Shown here: in pieces, positions 1 through 13,257 of the stretch | Layout of the letters: every line of letters begins with the position of its first letter | How positions within the stretch are numbered: position 1 is the first letter of the stretch | NCBI RefSeq assembly: GCF_009914755.1 | Contig: NC_060935.1 | Direction: 5' to 3' (one strand) | DNA: 64,000 nucleotides | Source: the human T2T-CHM13v2.0 reference genome, Homo sapiens | The notes under the pieces: model-generated | What the model was told of the DNA's origin: nothing | The model's database searches: none | Seen by the model: the letters and a program-made list of their open reading frames with translations, nothing else | Translations under genes and position numbers: made by a program

Positions 1-427
1 ATGTCAGGAGTGGGCAGCAGTGCCTCAAAAGCAATGTAGAAGTTTCCAGAGTGGAAATGCATAACCATGTTCTTCTGCATCTTTGTGGGCTGGAGTACAG
101 CACTGTGCTATTTTTGTGAGGCTTTTGTGCAGTTGATTAAAAAAATAGTATCTTTGAAAAGAACATTAGAGAACACCAAGGGAAACTTATAATTGCCTAA
201 ACATTTAAGTTTTCTAAGTTGTTGATGACAGCTGGTCGAGCAGTCTTTTCTTCTACTCTCCAATTTAGAGGGAAATGCTGCCAACAATCTCTCACCAGCA
301 GAGGGACCAACCTGGATGCTTTCCTTGTAGCAGAGGCTGCTCTGGGGGTGAAAGTGAAACGAGAGCACCCAGGCTGTCTGATGGTAAAGTCTGCATCCTC
401 GGCTTGATCTGGCCTCACTTTTGGCTC

Positions 428-535
428 CATTTAACAAACATCCTACTTACTGAGCATCTATCACATATTGTGTTGGGCAACTGGGACAAAATATGACTGA
501 GAAGCAGTCTCTGCCAATAGGAATTTTACAATCTA
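428..535 (-). mobile_element. L2 LINE 3' end fragment
   Basis: catttaacaaaca..tactgagcatcta..tgtgttgggc..cagtctctgcc..ttacaatcta resembles the reverse-complemented L2 tail. Confidence 0.5.
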
Positions 536-694
536 ATGCAAGATTGAGCCATACCAATTCATGGAGACAAACACAAAAAGGAATGCCTAACACCATGCCT
601 GGCCCCAGTTTTAAAATATTTTCTTTAACTGGAAGAGAGTTTTCCATTATGTACCTTCTCTCAGGCAATATTAGATTTGTATCTGTATTATGGA

Positions 695-845
695 AAAGGT
701 ATTATTACCTCCATTTTTTAAAAGGGCAAATTAAGTCTAAGAGACTTCAATTTGCCTAGGATTACAAAGTCAACAAAAGGTAAAGATAAAATATTAGCTG
801 GTTATGTTTGGACTGCAAAGCCCAGTTCATTACACAACACTATTT
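695..845 (-). mobile_element. MIR SINE fragment
   Basis: aggtattattacctccatttt..ttgcctaggattaca, a diverged reverse MIR core. Confidence 0.5.
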
Positions 846-907
846 AGAAATGCAGAAAACCAACTGTGAAATTTTAAATGAGAATACACTGTTTACCTGC
901 TAAATTC

Positions 908-1045
908 AAGAGAGGAAGAGAGGTCAGGGAGAAAGAAGGGACGATGGTGAGGAGGAAAGAAAAAAAAAGAGACAGGAAAAGGTGAGAAGAAAGACAATGC
1001 AAAGAAGTAGAAAGAGTGAGGAAAGAAAGTTAAAAGAACTAAGAG
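908..1045 (+). repeat. Purine (GA)-rich low-complexity tract
   Basis: Sequence is almost entirely A/G (agaggaagagagg..gaaagaaag). Confidence 0.6.
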
Positions 1046-1459
1046 GTACAGGTGATAATGCTTTCCTGAGCTAAAGATAAACATCCCTTCCAGCCAATAA
1101 TATTTATAAAAATTTCTTCTCCAGCATTCAGAAGGTGAAAGAAGATCATTACTCAGTAGGACCTCTTCAAAGGGTGAGTAAAAGCTGTAGAGTTAATAAT
1201 GTTAAAAAATCTTTCCCCAAAATCAAGAAAAGCAGGAGAAATAAAAATAAAGCTCAAAGGGAAAATGGAACCAAAGATAAAAATCAGACCATGCTATTAC
1301 TAACTCAAAGACTTGAAATGAGCAGAATAATATTTATAGACCTGTGGGCTGTGAAATGAAGGGATCTGTTTCTCTGGCATGCATATGTCAAATATAAATG
1401 CATGTGTATATGGACTTCATAACTTGCCTATCTTACTTTTATTTGAGGATCTACAAAAT

Positions 1460-1882
1460 GTGATAGAAAAATGTAAAACTTGAAGTTAGAAACCTTTGAG
1501 TATGGCTCTCACATTTTACACAATTACTTGGGAAAATAATGTATATCAACCTCAGGGTCTTCAATTGTAAAATGGAAACAACATTCCAGCCATATCTATA
1601 AAACTTGTTATGATCAATTATCTTGAATCAAATGAAATGAGGTAGTAGTGGCATCATGATTAAGATCATAGGCTGTTTGGTAAGTGCTGGGTTTGAATTA
1701 AGGACCTGCTGTTTAACACTAAGCAAACTCTTTTACTTTGGTAAGCATCATTTTCTTGTCTATAGAATGGGGATAATAACAGTACTAAAGTCATGATGAG
1801 GTTATGGGAATTGTTTGGGATCACGCATATCATTGCCTGGCACAGTACCTGGTAAGCAGTAAGTTGTCAAATAATGCTATTT
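1460..1882 (+). mobile_element. Two adjacent MIR SINEs
   Basis: cctcagggtcttcaattgtaaaatgg and tctatagaatggggataataacagta..cctggcacagtacctgg..taagttgtcaaataatgctatt. Confidence 0.65.
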
Positions 1883-2229
1883 GATGATTGTAAGGATGGT
1901 GACAATGCATGACAATGACAAAGATAATCATGATGGTTATGCTTGGGAGGATATAATATCCTCTGGAAAGTCTTCCCTCACCTCATTCTTACCTCTGCAG
2001 GAGACACAAATGTCCACCTCTATGTTACTGTATGATTTTGAACATACTTCCACTATAGATCTTTGTTAAATAATGATACTGACAGGATGAAGGGAGTGAT
2101 GATGCTGTAAGATTTATTAGGCACAGTATAGGTAGATAGCATATTATCTATCCTCTCCTGGTAGAGTGCCTCAATCCTGAGCTGAGTCATATCAATACAA
2201 TCTTTTAAAAGATACTGTGAATGGCTGCT

Positions 2230-2425
2230 TTCTCACATGGCTCTCTTCACCTTCAAACCCACAATAGCAAGTATTTTTCATTCTTTGGATCTCTCTGATT
2301 TCCTCTTCTGCTACCAGTTAAAGACAATTCTGTGCTTTTAAAGAATAATGTGATTAGATTTGGTTGATTTAATGAAGTAATCTCCCTTTCCGTGAACTAA
2401 AGGTCAATTGATTAGTAGCCTAATC
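2230..2425 (-). mobile_element. Old MaLR (MLT1-type) LTR fragment
   Basis: atgtgattagatttgg..aatctccct..aaggtcaattgattagta resembles an MLT1 LTR in reverse. Confidence 0.4.
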
Positions 2426-2889
2426 ATTGATTAATAAGCCTACTAATTGATTAGTAGTATGATTTTGACTATACGACTACTATAGATGCTATTAAATAAT
2501 CCCGTTGTCACTAAATTTCCTGTTCTTCTGTCCTGCAAATTTATGAGCATCATGAGGTTCTGTTCCCTCACTGCCTTAGACATAGTAGACTTTCAAAGAA
2601 TATCTGCTATAATATTCTGGGATTGCACACTGTAAACTCTAAAGCAGTAGAGGCATGCTCACTAGTGTAACTGTAATTGTTTATATAGGTTTTTTCTCCT
2701 GTTCAATTTTTTTTTTAAATAATAAGCATTCAGTGTGTTGGGAAGGTGTCCAATATCACCACCACCTGTGATTCTGAAAACAGCTGTTTTTTGTTTGGTA
2801 TAAAAGCAAGGAGGAAGAAATTGACTTGGAACTGGAGGTACTTAATAACAGCACAAAAGATAAACAATACAAACCTTGTTGATGAAAAT

Positions 2890-3032
2890 GTGGTCATAGA
2901 AGACCAGCATAACTATCTCCTGGGATCTCATTAGACAAGCAAAGTCTCAGGCCCCATCCAAAACCTATTGAATTGGAATTTGCATTTAACAAAATTCTCA
3001 AGGGATTCCTGAATTTGAGACGCTCTGCTCTA
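2890..3032. mobile_element. MER5A-like hAT-Charlie MITE
   Basis: ctgggatctcattaga..tctcaggccccatccaaaacctattgaattggaatttgcatttaacaa..tttgagacgctctgctcta. Confidence 0.6.
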
Positions 3033-3129
3033 AAACCCTTGGCATAGTCACTGAAGTAGGCAGAGAGCTCTTTTTCTGAATTATCTTCAGGAAACGGCAC
3101 TTAGAAAGAAGCAAACATCTACAGATCAA

Positions 3130-3645
<516 letters not shown>

Positions 3646-3769
3646 TGTTTGCAGGAATCCTAAGCAGTCACATGAAGCCCTAATTTAGCGAACCTGTTCT
3701 TAGCCTCCAAACCTCCCATCCAGAACCATTACCTCTATCTGAAGTTGTGCATTGGCACACCTTGTTTAA

Positions 3770-3968
3770 AGGCCAGACTTCAAATTCAGGCAGGTATGTG
3801 TTGAAATCTCAGCTTCTCTATTTATTTGCTATGAAACATTAATATTCTGTACCCAAACAGCAAAAACACTCCCTCCACAGGGCTGCTACAATGACTTAAT
3901 ATCATGTGCAATAAGCACTTGGCACAGTCCTTAACGGACAGTAAGTGTTCAACAAATACTAGATGCTA
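3770..3968 (+). mobile_element. MIR SINE
   Basis: aattcaggcagg..aatctcagcttc..cacagggctgct..agcacttggcacagt..cagtaagtgttcaacaaata. Confidence 0.6.
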
Positions 3969-5077
3969 CTCCAATTAAACTATTTCTTTCTAAAAACCTT
4001 CTCAATTTGATATAAATAACACTCCCCAAAATGTCTTAATGAAAGTATTGCTTATTCCTGTGTTTTATAGTCAACGGCCGTTTTTTTTAATACACTTGGT
4101 TATTTCAAAAGAACTCACACCAAAATATCTAATTCCAAACTCATGATTTCCTCTATATATTTCACTATAGCTTAAGCTATCTTTGGCATATCAATTACTA
4201 TATTATACTGTAATTAATTTTTATTCCCACTGCAGTATGATTTATTTAATATCAGACACAATCTTTTATTCATATTTTGAATCTGCAGTCCCTAGGACAG
4301 TGCCTTGCACATCAAAAACATTAAGTGATTTTATATGTCATTGGTCTAGATATGCTTATACTTGGGTATGACCATAGAAATAGCATTTTTAATTGTCTCA
4401 GAGGGAAATGCCATGTTTTCTTTAGATCACACATTTAGTAAGTATAAACTGTTCTATTTGGGAAAGTAAACTATTCACTTAAGAGTCTAGAGTTATTATT
4501 AAAATGGTGCTATATTCATAAAATCGTCTTTCATTTTAAGATCTGAAAAGAAAATTCCTACTTGTAAAATATTACTGGTTTGTCAGGGAACAAACAAATA
4601 AAGAGATACACTGCAATTCTGGCTCTTCGTTATAAAGAACAGTTGATATAAAGCATAGGATGAGTTGTCATTATGTTAACGGAAACATCAATTCTTTTAC
4701 AACAAAGTCATATTCAATGGTTATTTGACAAGAATTGTATTTCCTGTTTCGTTGTTGCCACTAGTTGGTTAGTAATATAATGAACATTTTCAAGGCTATT
4801 AGTTTCGCCAATCTCTCAGTAGAGCTTACATTGTAAGGGTTGTGGAGCTGGCCCTCAGATCCAAATCCATAATACAGACAAATAGTATTCTATTTCACAG
4901 AGGTGACATGGGAACTTATGCAACGTTTCAACATATCTTGATATCAAACTGAAATGAAGCCTCTTTGGACTCTATTGTTAAAAATGAGGACCCTTTATTA
5001 ACTATGCACCTCGAAGCTTCATGGTTGTGTTTTCGAAGAGATCATCAACAGAATAAGCATTACAATGCAACTTTTCT

Positions 5078-5255
5078 AGGGTTTGAATCCCAGTTTTAAT
5101 ATACTCTAATTGTATGAAGTTACAGATTTAATTAACTTTGCTTATTCTCATTTTTACATTTGTAAGACTGAAATAATCTTTTAGGGCTATTGTGAAGATT
5201 AAAATGAGGTAGCATGTATAGCAGGTAGGAGTGTACATAAACAGCAGTTATTCTA
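5078..5255 (+). mobile_element. MIR SINE
   Basis: gggtttgaatcccag..tagggctattgtgaagattaaaatgag. Confidence 0.6.
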
Positions 5256-5616
5256 CTCTTTCCAAAGTGAATGAATGCCTAGATTCTGGTCACATTTGAT
5301 CTACTATAAAGGAATGTCAATATAAACAGCATAAGTTCCCATTATAAGACTCTGTTTCTATCTCTCTCTCTGTCTCTCCTTACATAGGCCGATATATGTG
5401 TGTCTAATTACATTAAGGTTTCCTATAACTAGGTGATGCATTTCCCTCTGAGAGTTAGGTTTGTAAAGTCTATATATAATGCTTTAGATTAGCAGAAGTT
5501 GCCTTAAGGGATAGAATGTCTCCCAAATTAGAATAGGAAGGTAGAATCTAAAAATCTAACGAAGATATGTCTAAAATTAGACTAAAGCTTTTAAGATGAT
5601 GATGATGATAGGGGTG

Positions 5617-5860
5617 ATAAGGATAGCCATCATTTATTGAATACCTGTTATGTGCTAGGATCTGTAGTAGATGTTTTACATACATTATCTGCACAGCTTT
5701 GAAAATACCTAAAATATTATTTCCATTCGAGTCCTCCAGAAACTAAAGTTCAAGTAGTTGGAATTACTTGCTTGGAGTGAAACAACTAATAACTGGCAGA
5801 ATAGGAATTAGAATTTAGATATTTTCTGACTCCACAGTCAGTGGATGTAATAGACTACCA
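5617..5860 (-). mobile_element. MIR SINE
   Basis: atagccatcatttattgaatacctgttatgtgctagg..gaaactaaag..tctgactccacagtc. Confidence 0.65.
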
Positions 5861-7267
5861 CCGTACCCCATTGGAAGAAATGTCACAAAAGTGTTCTGCC
5901 AAGAACTACCAAAAGGAAACTTAAAAATCAAATAAAAAATGGTGTTGCATCTTAAGCAATATTTGGAGGAGCTGTCATTGCTCTGACTAGCTGGTATGAA
6001 TTCTGGACACTTTACAGTTTTAGCCCTGTGTGGATATATGTATAGCCGGTTAACCACATTATTTATTTTATAAGAAATAAACTTGGTTTCTGTGACTCAA
6101 ATATTCATGAACATAATTATCACTGGATATACTGACCATGTTTCTGGATCCTCAGGGTTGAATCTAGCCTCTGAAGAGTGTTGTCCCCTAAGGCCCGGAC
6201 TACAGCGCACCCACTTATCAATGAGTACGGGTTAGAACACTTAGCCAAACTTCTGCTATGACATTGCTGCTTTTTGTTGTTGTTAATAACATGTACCATC
6301 TTAAAACCAAATGGCTGTCAAATGAACATTTTTAAACAGATTTCATGGCATTTGGTATGTAAGTAACATATTCAAAATAACAACATAACCACAGAAAGTA
6401 TTCACACCCTCTTTTAATTTTTCTATTTTTTTCTTTTACTTTATTTTCCTTTTCCAATGAAGGTAAAATAAATGTTTCCTATATCACAAATATCATATGC
6501 ATAAAGATAAAGTAGTTTCTGTAAACCATTTCTACATGCCAGTATTTCATGGCCTCATATGGAGAAAACACAGCCACTTCTCCAGAAGGTGACTTCACTC
6601 CCAAATGCCAATGCCATCTACCTCCTGACAGGCTCTATCAAGCAGCTGCTACCAAAGAGAGACCAGCCCTTGCATGTCTAAACTGGCTGCCAGTTTGTTT
6701 TTTCATTGAAATTAAGTGCTACCGTATTATGAGGCTGGATCTGTCAAGCCCCATGTGCAGACAGTGGACCAATTATCAAGTGGCAGGCGGCACCTGGTTG
6801 GCTACAGCAGCTGAGAGACTCAAGGCATCACACACAGCACAGCTTAATATGATTGCTTTGGGGGAGCTCAAAAAGTAGTAGATCAAAAGCAACAGAATGA
6901 GTCAACCAGCCAGGGCCTTAGCCTGGTAGAGTTTTATATTATCCTCTGTGCTCTCCTCTTGTCTATTAGTTTAATGAAAGCAAATCAAGTTAACTATTTA
7001 ATAAAACAATTTTCTTTTTAATAAAAGTCATTGCTGATCAAATTAAATGATGAATGTGAAAGAAGTTTGAAAGCATAACGTGCAATACACACTGATCACT
7101 GATGTGTAAGCCTTGGGTTAGGCTTGTCTCTGGAATTGGGACAGGTGGCCCTTGATAGTCTTCATCTATAGGCTCTTCTCTGATGATATGCCTGGAGTCT
7201 TGGCAAGACAGGTGCAAAAGAGTTAATATCTAGTTACCATGGATTTATATACCAAATCTCATACAGC

Positions 7268-7478
7268 TCTGTAGTGAAGAAAAGTCAGCGTTCTTGCAGG
7301 AACTGAGTCTGTCCTGGGTAAAGTCAATTACTAATTCTGTAACCTTTGCCAAGTCACTTCTTTCTCTGAACCTTGGATTCCTCATCTCTGTAATAGGTAC
7401 AAATGTCTATCTCACATAGTTGCAGAAGAAATCATAGTGAAGTCTAGCATTTCAGAATTGCTCAGTCTATGTTAGTTC
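7268..7478 (+). mobile_element. MIR SINE
   Basis: ctgtaacctttgccaagtcacttc..ctctgaacct..ttcctcatctctgtaatagg. Confidence 0.65.
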
Positions 7479-7768
7479 TGATCCCAAATTCCAAAACTCT
7501 ACACTACTACGCCAATGTTCTAAGCCATTAGATAACCAGGAAGATGGGAAGGCAGCACTAGTCAAGGTCACAGCTATAAAAATGCAGAGATGCCCAGTTT
7601 CAACGTTTTAGAAATAGTGTCTATAAAATGTATGTGTCCGATTCTTAACTCATTTACCCCTTTCATAAAGAGAATTTCTATCGTGTAAATTATCAAGATA
7701 AATTCTACTAACACGCAGCTGCTTTATCATCCATGTATCTTATTTAGGAGCTTTCTTCTTTCTGAATA

Positions 7769-8123
7769 CAGTCATGTATTCAGAACGATGGGCTATAGCA
7801 CAATGATGGGATATAGTCTAAGCAAGGTGTCATTAGGGAATTTCATCATTGTTGCAAACCTCATAGAGTGCACTTACACAAACTTAGATAGTATAGCCTA
7901 CTACACAGATAGGTTATATGGTCTGGCCTATTGCTCCTAGGCTATAAACATTTACAGCATGTTACTGTATTGAATATTGTAGGCAACTGTAACACAGTGG
8001 TAAGTATTTGTGCATCTAGACATAGAAAAGTTACAGTAAAAATACAGTGTTATAATCTTATGGTACTACTATCATACATGTGGCTTATAGTTGACCAAAA
8101 CATTGTTATACAGTGCATGACTG
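7769..8123 (-). mobile_element. Tigger3a (MER7A) Tc1/mariner MITE, full length
   Basis: Terminal inverted repeats CAGTCATG..CATGACTG, TA target duplication at 7767-68 and 8124-25, internal sequence matches Tigger3a. Confidence 0.9.
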
Positions 8124-8569
8124 TATAGTTTAAGAAAGATACAGAAAGACATCAGTGAGCATTTTTTCCCTCGTCATCGTGGAGAAGGATGAGTTTGATT
8201 GCAATGTTTCTATTTATCTATGAAAATTACGGATACGATCTTCAACCCATATAGAAATATCAATATTTTCCTATTAAGTCAGACACAATAGTCTAAAAGC
8301 CATGTATTTTAATTGATCTTTAATAAAAACACAAGGTGATGGTAAATTATTTTCTAGAATACTTATGTATTTCCCTAGAATGTGAGCTCCTTGAAAGCAC
8401 AATCTATAGCACAAAGTCACTTCATGGCATAAACTGCACATTAATTACCATAATAATGAGCTAATTAACAAATTAATGTATAAATTAGATTACAAATTGA
8501 CTAGCTCTTTTTTAAAAAAAAAATAAGCTTTTTCCTTTTTCAAAAATAAGTCAGCATTTTGATATAAGA

Positions 8570-9560
8570 ATAATATAATATGGACTAGAGGGAGAGGGCA
8601 CTTAAGTTCAAATACATTTAAATAGATAGATACAAAAATAAGATAGATGGTAGACACATAAAAGAAAAGGGAAGACTTTTGCTTACGGTAGAAAGCTGAG
8701 TGCCAACTAATATATATGGATAAAGTGCTAGCATTTCAAAATCACCATTTTACACTCATCACTGGGAGAAAAAAAAAACTGTATCAGGCAAGAATCCTCA
8801 AAGGATGCTAAATCTAGGTGAAAATTATCATAAACAGGGTATTTTTATGATCCTAAGGAATGTCCTCACCAGCTATTTATTAGTTGCAAAGGAAGAAAAC
8901 AGCAATCATACGATGGGGGAAACTGGAAAATACCTTGAATAGGTAGTCAAAATTAATATGACTAATAAGAATTTAGACATTACACGCCTCTAGACATGAT
9001 ACCCTGAGAAGGACAAAACATCACATAACCTGAATCTAATCATGAGAAAACATTAGATAAATAACAAATAGGGAATCACTCTATTTAATAGAGGGGAGTA
9101 TCCTCCCCTCTATTAAAAGAAAGGTATTGAAAGAGAGGTAAGGAGGCGTGATAGCTAAATGTAATATCCAACTCAAGACTGAAAATTGTATTGATGGGGA
9201 AAAAACACTATCAAAGCTGACCTTGGACCATTTGAAAAAAGGGGACTATAGAAAGTAAATAAGAATATTGTTATCATTATTAAATTTATAGAAGTTAATA
9301 ACTGTATTGTCATTATTTAAGAGAATCTTCTTATTCTTAGAAAACTATATTGATATCATTAGGGTTAAAGGTCCATAATTTGTATGATTTATCTATAAAT
9401 GTCCAGAAAGTCCAGAAAGTATACAGAAGTTATAAATCAATTATAGTAACATGTTGACAATAGCTTAGCCTGGGTAAAGGGTATTGACTGCTTTTTGTGC
9501 TACCTTTTTTTTTTTTTTACACATTTTCTGTAAGTTTAACATTATTTGCGAACCAAAAAG
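8570..9560 (+). mobile_element. Ancient L1 (L1MC4/5-like) 3' UTR
   Basis: tcaggcaagaatcctcaaaggatgctaaatctagg..cataacctgaatctaatcatgag..ttttctgtaagtttaacattattt. Confidence 0.7.
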
Positions 9561-10809
9561 CAAACCATTTTCTTGAAAAAAGCATTGGGATATATATAAA
9601 AAACAAGTGATTTATAATACGGATCACAGACTTTTATGGATGAACCTGCTCTATGGGGGATAAGTTGGGGGTAGAATAAAAAATGCCAGTGTCCTAATTA
9701 TTTTAAGACTTCCTAAGCTGGTCATATTTTTATCTCCCACAAATCTTGTCTCATACTTTCAGAACATGATTATCGTTAGTTCTCTATCTTAGTTCTTAGA
9801 GTTATAGGTTTGTCACACAGGCCTCATAACTCATGCTTTTTCTCTGACATCTGACCCCTTGAATATCTTTTGAAGCCAGGGTAATACAAGGCAGATGTTC
9901 TTCCAACTCAGACCAGAACCTTCTAGTACCTCAAACCACCTGGGCCTGGTGATATGAAAGAGGGAATCCAGGCCAACCTCAGAAGACCTGATAGGAAAGA
10001 TCTTGGAGTCTGGTTTAGATTGGTCTACCCTAAAAGTTATAGACATCTTATGCAAAACTGCATAATAAAATTTATGTCTGAAAATTAAATAATAATATAG
10101 TCTTTGATTCTTTCTGGTGTATAATAGGAGCAGATTGTTCAGTAGAACAAGCAGAGGAGGATTTTTTGTTTGTTTCTCTTTTTGCTCCTATTTTGGGAAT
10201 ACCAAAAAGAGTTATTCTAAATCACTCAGGTGTGAAACAAATGACTGCATGAAAATTGTGAAATACCTTCAATTAAAAGAAGAAAACCTGTGGGCTCTTG
10301 CTGGGGTACTAGTCTATTGTAAGAATCCCTCTATAGTTTAGTGTTTAGCATTCAGACCCTCAGTCAGGTGATACGTATGAAATTGCTCAAGAACTTCCTC
10401 TCACAATAATGTCAACTTTTTCTATATAATACAGAATGTCCAAGCTGGAAGCCACAAAAAAAAAGATGGCTAGTTCCTAAATCTGCAGAGGTGGAGACTA
10501 GAATTTAGAGATTCATGGTCCAGCTAGCTCAAATAGTTAATCTCCTTGTTCTAATTTGATAGCTCTGTCCTTTATGCCACTCAAACTGAATTTTGATACC
10601 TATGACAATTCTAATGCCATGAGGAAACACAGATAGAAAAGGAGACAGTACCTATTAACTTGTCTTGGGGTTGTTAGACTGAGTATTGTAAGAGATAAGG
10701 GCAGGTAAACGATGAGTTGCTTTTTCTCCTCCATTATTATGCTGCCTAGCAAGGAGTTGGTGTTCAATATGCGCTTATTGAATGAAGCATTAAGTGAACT
10801 GTGTTGTGA

Positions 10810-11430
10810 TCCCACTAAGCACCTACTATGCACCGACTGTGGGTTGCACACTGCATTAAGTGCTCCACAGTCCATAAAACACAGTCCCTGGTATAGTTTG
10901 GATATTTGTCCCCGCCCAAATCCCATGTTGAAATGTAATCTCCAGTATTGGAGGTGGGGCCTGGTGGGAGGTGACTGGATCATGAGGGTAGATTTCTCAT
11001 GAAGAGTTCAGCACCATGCCCTTGGTGCTGTCCTCGTGATAGTGAGGAAGTTCTTCTGAGATCTGGCTGTGTAAGTGTGTGGCACCTTCCCTCATTACCT
11101 CTCCTCTCTCTCTCTCTTGCTCTTGATTTCACCATATGATGTGCCTGCTACCCCGCTGCCTTCTGCCATGATTATAAGCTTCCCAAGGCTTCCCTTGGAG
11201 CTGAGCAGATGCTGGCACCATGTTGCCTATAAAGTCTGCAGAACTGTAAGCCAATTAAACCTCGTTTCTTTATAAATTACCAAGTCTCTGGTAGTTCTTT
11301 ACAGAAATGCAAGAATGGCTTAACACAGTCTCACTAAAGGAGTTCACAGTTTACTTAAGAAAACACACAAGTAAACAGATACTTACAATATTACATGATA
11401 AGTGCAATGGTGAAGAGGTGAACTGGAGAT
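10810..11430 (-). mobile_element. L2 3' fragment split by an MST LTR
   Basis: actaagcacctactatgc..acagtccc | tcactaaaggagttcacagt..gtaaacagata. Confidence 0.55.
10889..11327 (+). mobile_element. MSTB-like MaLR solo LTR
   Basis: Starts tggtatagtttggatatttgtcccc, ends gaatggcttaacaca; ATTAAA poly-A signal; 5-bp TSD gtccc/gtctc. Confidence 0.9.
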
Positions 11431-11750
11431 GCTACAAAACTTTGAAATTGAAACTCTAAAAAGAAACGGGCCTACATGTGTAGAAACGGGCCTACACTAC
11501 ATGGCCTGTAGTGCAGCCAAAATAAGCAATTTGTAGCAAAATGTGTTATCAGTTAAGATTGGAAGCTTTGGATAACATACTTATTTCTATCATGTGGCTA
11601 TTTTTTTTTTAATTGAAACTACAGAGCTATAGCATACTCCTATACATGAGGATAAGGTCAACTCTGAAGGGAATGGCTATTCCTATCAATACTATCAGAC
11701 ATCCTAGCAAAAACTGTCCTGCCGCAGAAAATGAACACTCAGAAGAAAGG

Positions 11751-12090
11751 TGTTACAGGCTGAATTGTGTCCCCACAGATATGTTACTGTATACGAAGAC
11801 AGAGCCTTTACGAGGTAATTAAGGTAAAATTACATCATTAGGATGGGCCCTAATCCAATATAACTGGTGTCCCTTAAGATGAGGCCATTAGGACACAGAA
11901 AACAGAATGGGGGATAACCAGGTAGGGACACAGCGAGGAAGCCACCTGGAAACCAAGAAGAGAGACCTCAAAAGAAACCAGTCCATTGATCTCAGACTTC
12001 TAGCCGCAGAACTGAGAGAAAATACATTTCTGTTGTTTTGGCCACCTAGTCTGCGGTATTATATTATGATGGCCCTAGCAAGCTGATAAA
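11751..12090 (+). mobile_element. MLT1B-like MaLR solo LTR
   Basis: tgttacaggctgaattgtgtcccc..gggccctaatccaat..gccctagcaagctgata; TSD aaagg/gaagg. Confidence 0.85.
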
Positions 12091-13257
12091 GAAGGCTCCA
12101 GATTAAAATGAAGAAAAGTCACCTTTTCCTTCTGGAGCCAGGAGTTAGTTTGACTTTCACTCTGAGCTATTGGGATTTCTAAGGCATTTTCAGAAAAAGC
12201 TGGTAAACTAGGCCCAGCCACTGGAAGCAGGTCAGGGGTGAGGCAGAAAGTCCGAGTGGGGAAGGCACGCCAAGCTGTGTCCTGGCTTGGGTCTGAGCTG
12301 TAACTTATTCCCTGCATCGCACTTCTTTTCTGTTATGGTCAGACTTTCAATAAAATAATTATTAATATTACAACCTGATCTTTGGTTCTTTGGGGTGGTT
12401 TGCATCCTTTCACTGGAACAAGTGAAGAAGAAAAACTTCTGTGTACACTGGAGTTTCATTTTCATAAAGGAGGGTCATCAGGGAGCAGACAGCAAGGACA
12501 GCAAACCTGAGCAACTAGTGTTGAGCACACATGAGGCCCAAGGTGCACCTCTTAGGTAGGAATACCTTAGAGGGAGAGGGGCCTAATTTCAGGCAGACTA
12601 GAAGATCTCCTTGAAATTAAATTAAATGTAATATTATTTTCTATGACAGTTTAACAAATTCTGAAGCATGCAGTTGGCACGAGGAAAATGAGGGACCTAT
12701 TTTGACAGTCTATACAGAATTTGATTTGGGAAGATGATTACGTCTTGGATATTCAAACTACTGGTAAAGGTGTCTGTGAGACAGTTAGATATTGAAATCT
12801 AGACGGTCTCCTTTTATATCTCTTTGGCATTTTACAATTTGTAAACTTCTTACATAGGTTTTCAAATTATTTGCCTCAAATGCTCTTTGTAAATAGGCAT
12901 AGTGCTTCTAAGGTCTACTTTTTGACATGAGATCACTTTCAGATGGACAGAGAATTTCTCATCCCTATATTACATATAAACTATAAACTAAGCTTTCTCA
13001 AGGCCACTCAGTGTAAGATCTGGGACTCCTGGTCTAGTGTCTATCTCACACAAAGTATATGCTCTTAGAAAAGCCCTGAGCATCCACAATTTTAAAAATT
13101 TATTTCAGGAAAAAAGACACATTCTAATACAATATTCTACAGCCGCACTTCATAATGCTAATTTTGTTTTTCTTGATAATAATTTCTATTCCCTCATCCA
13201 TTAATGGATCACTAAATGGCACTTAGAGTTTCGGTGAACCAAGTCCACGTGCAACTC

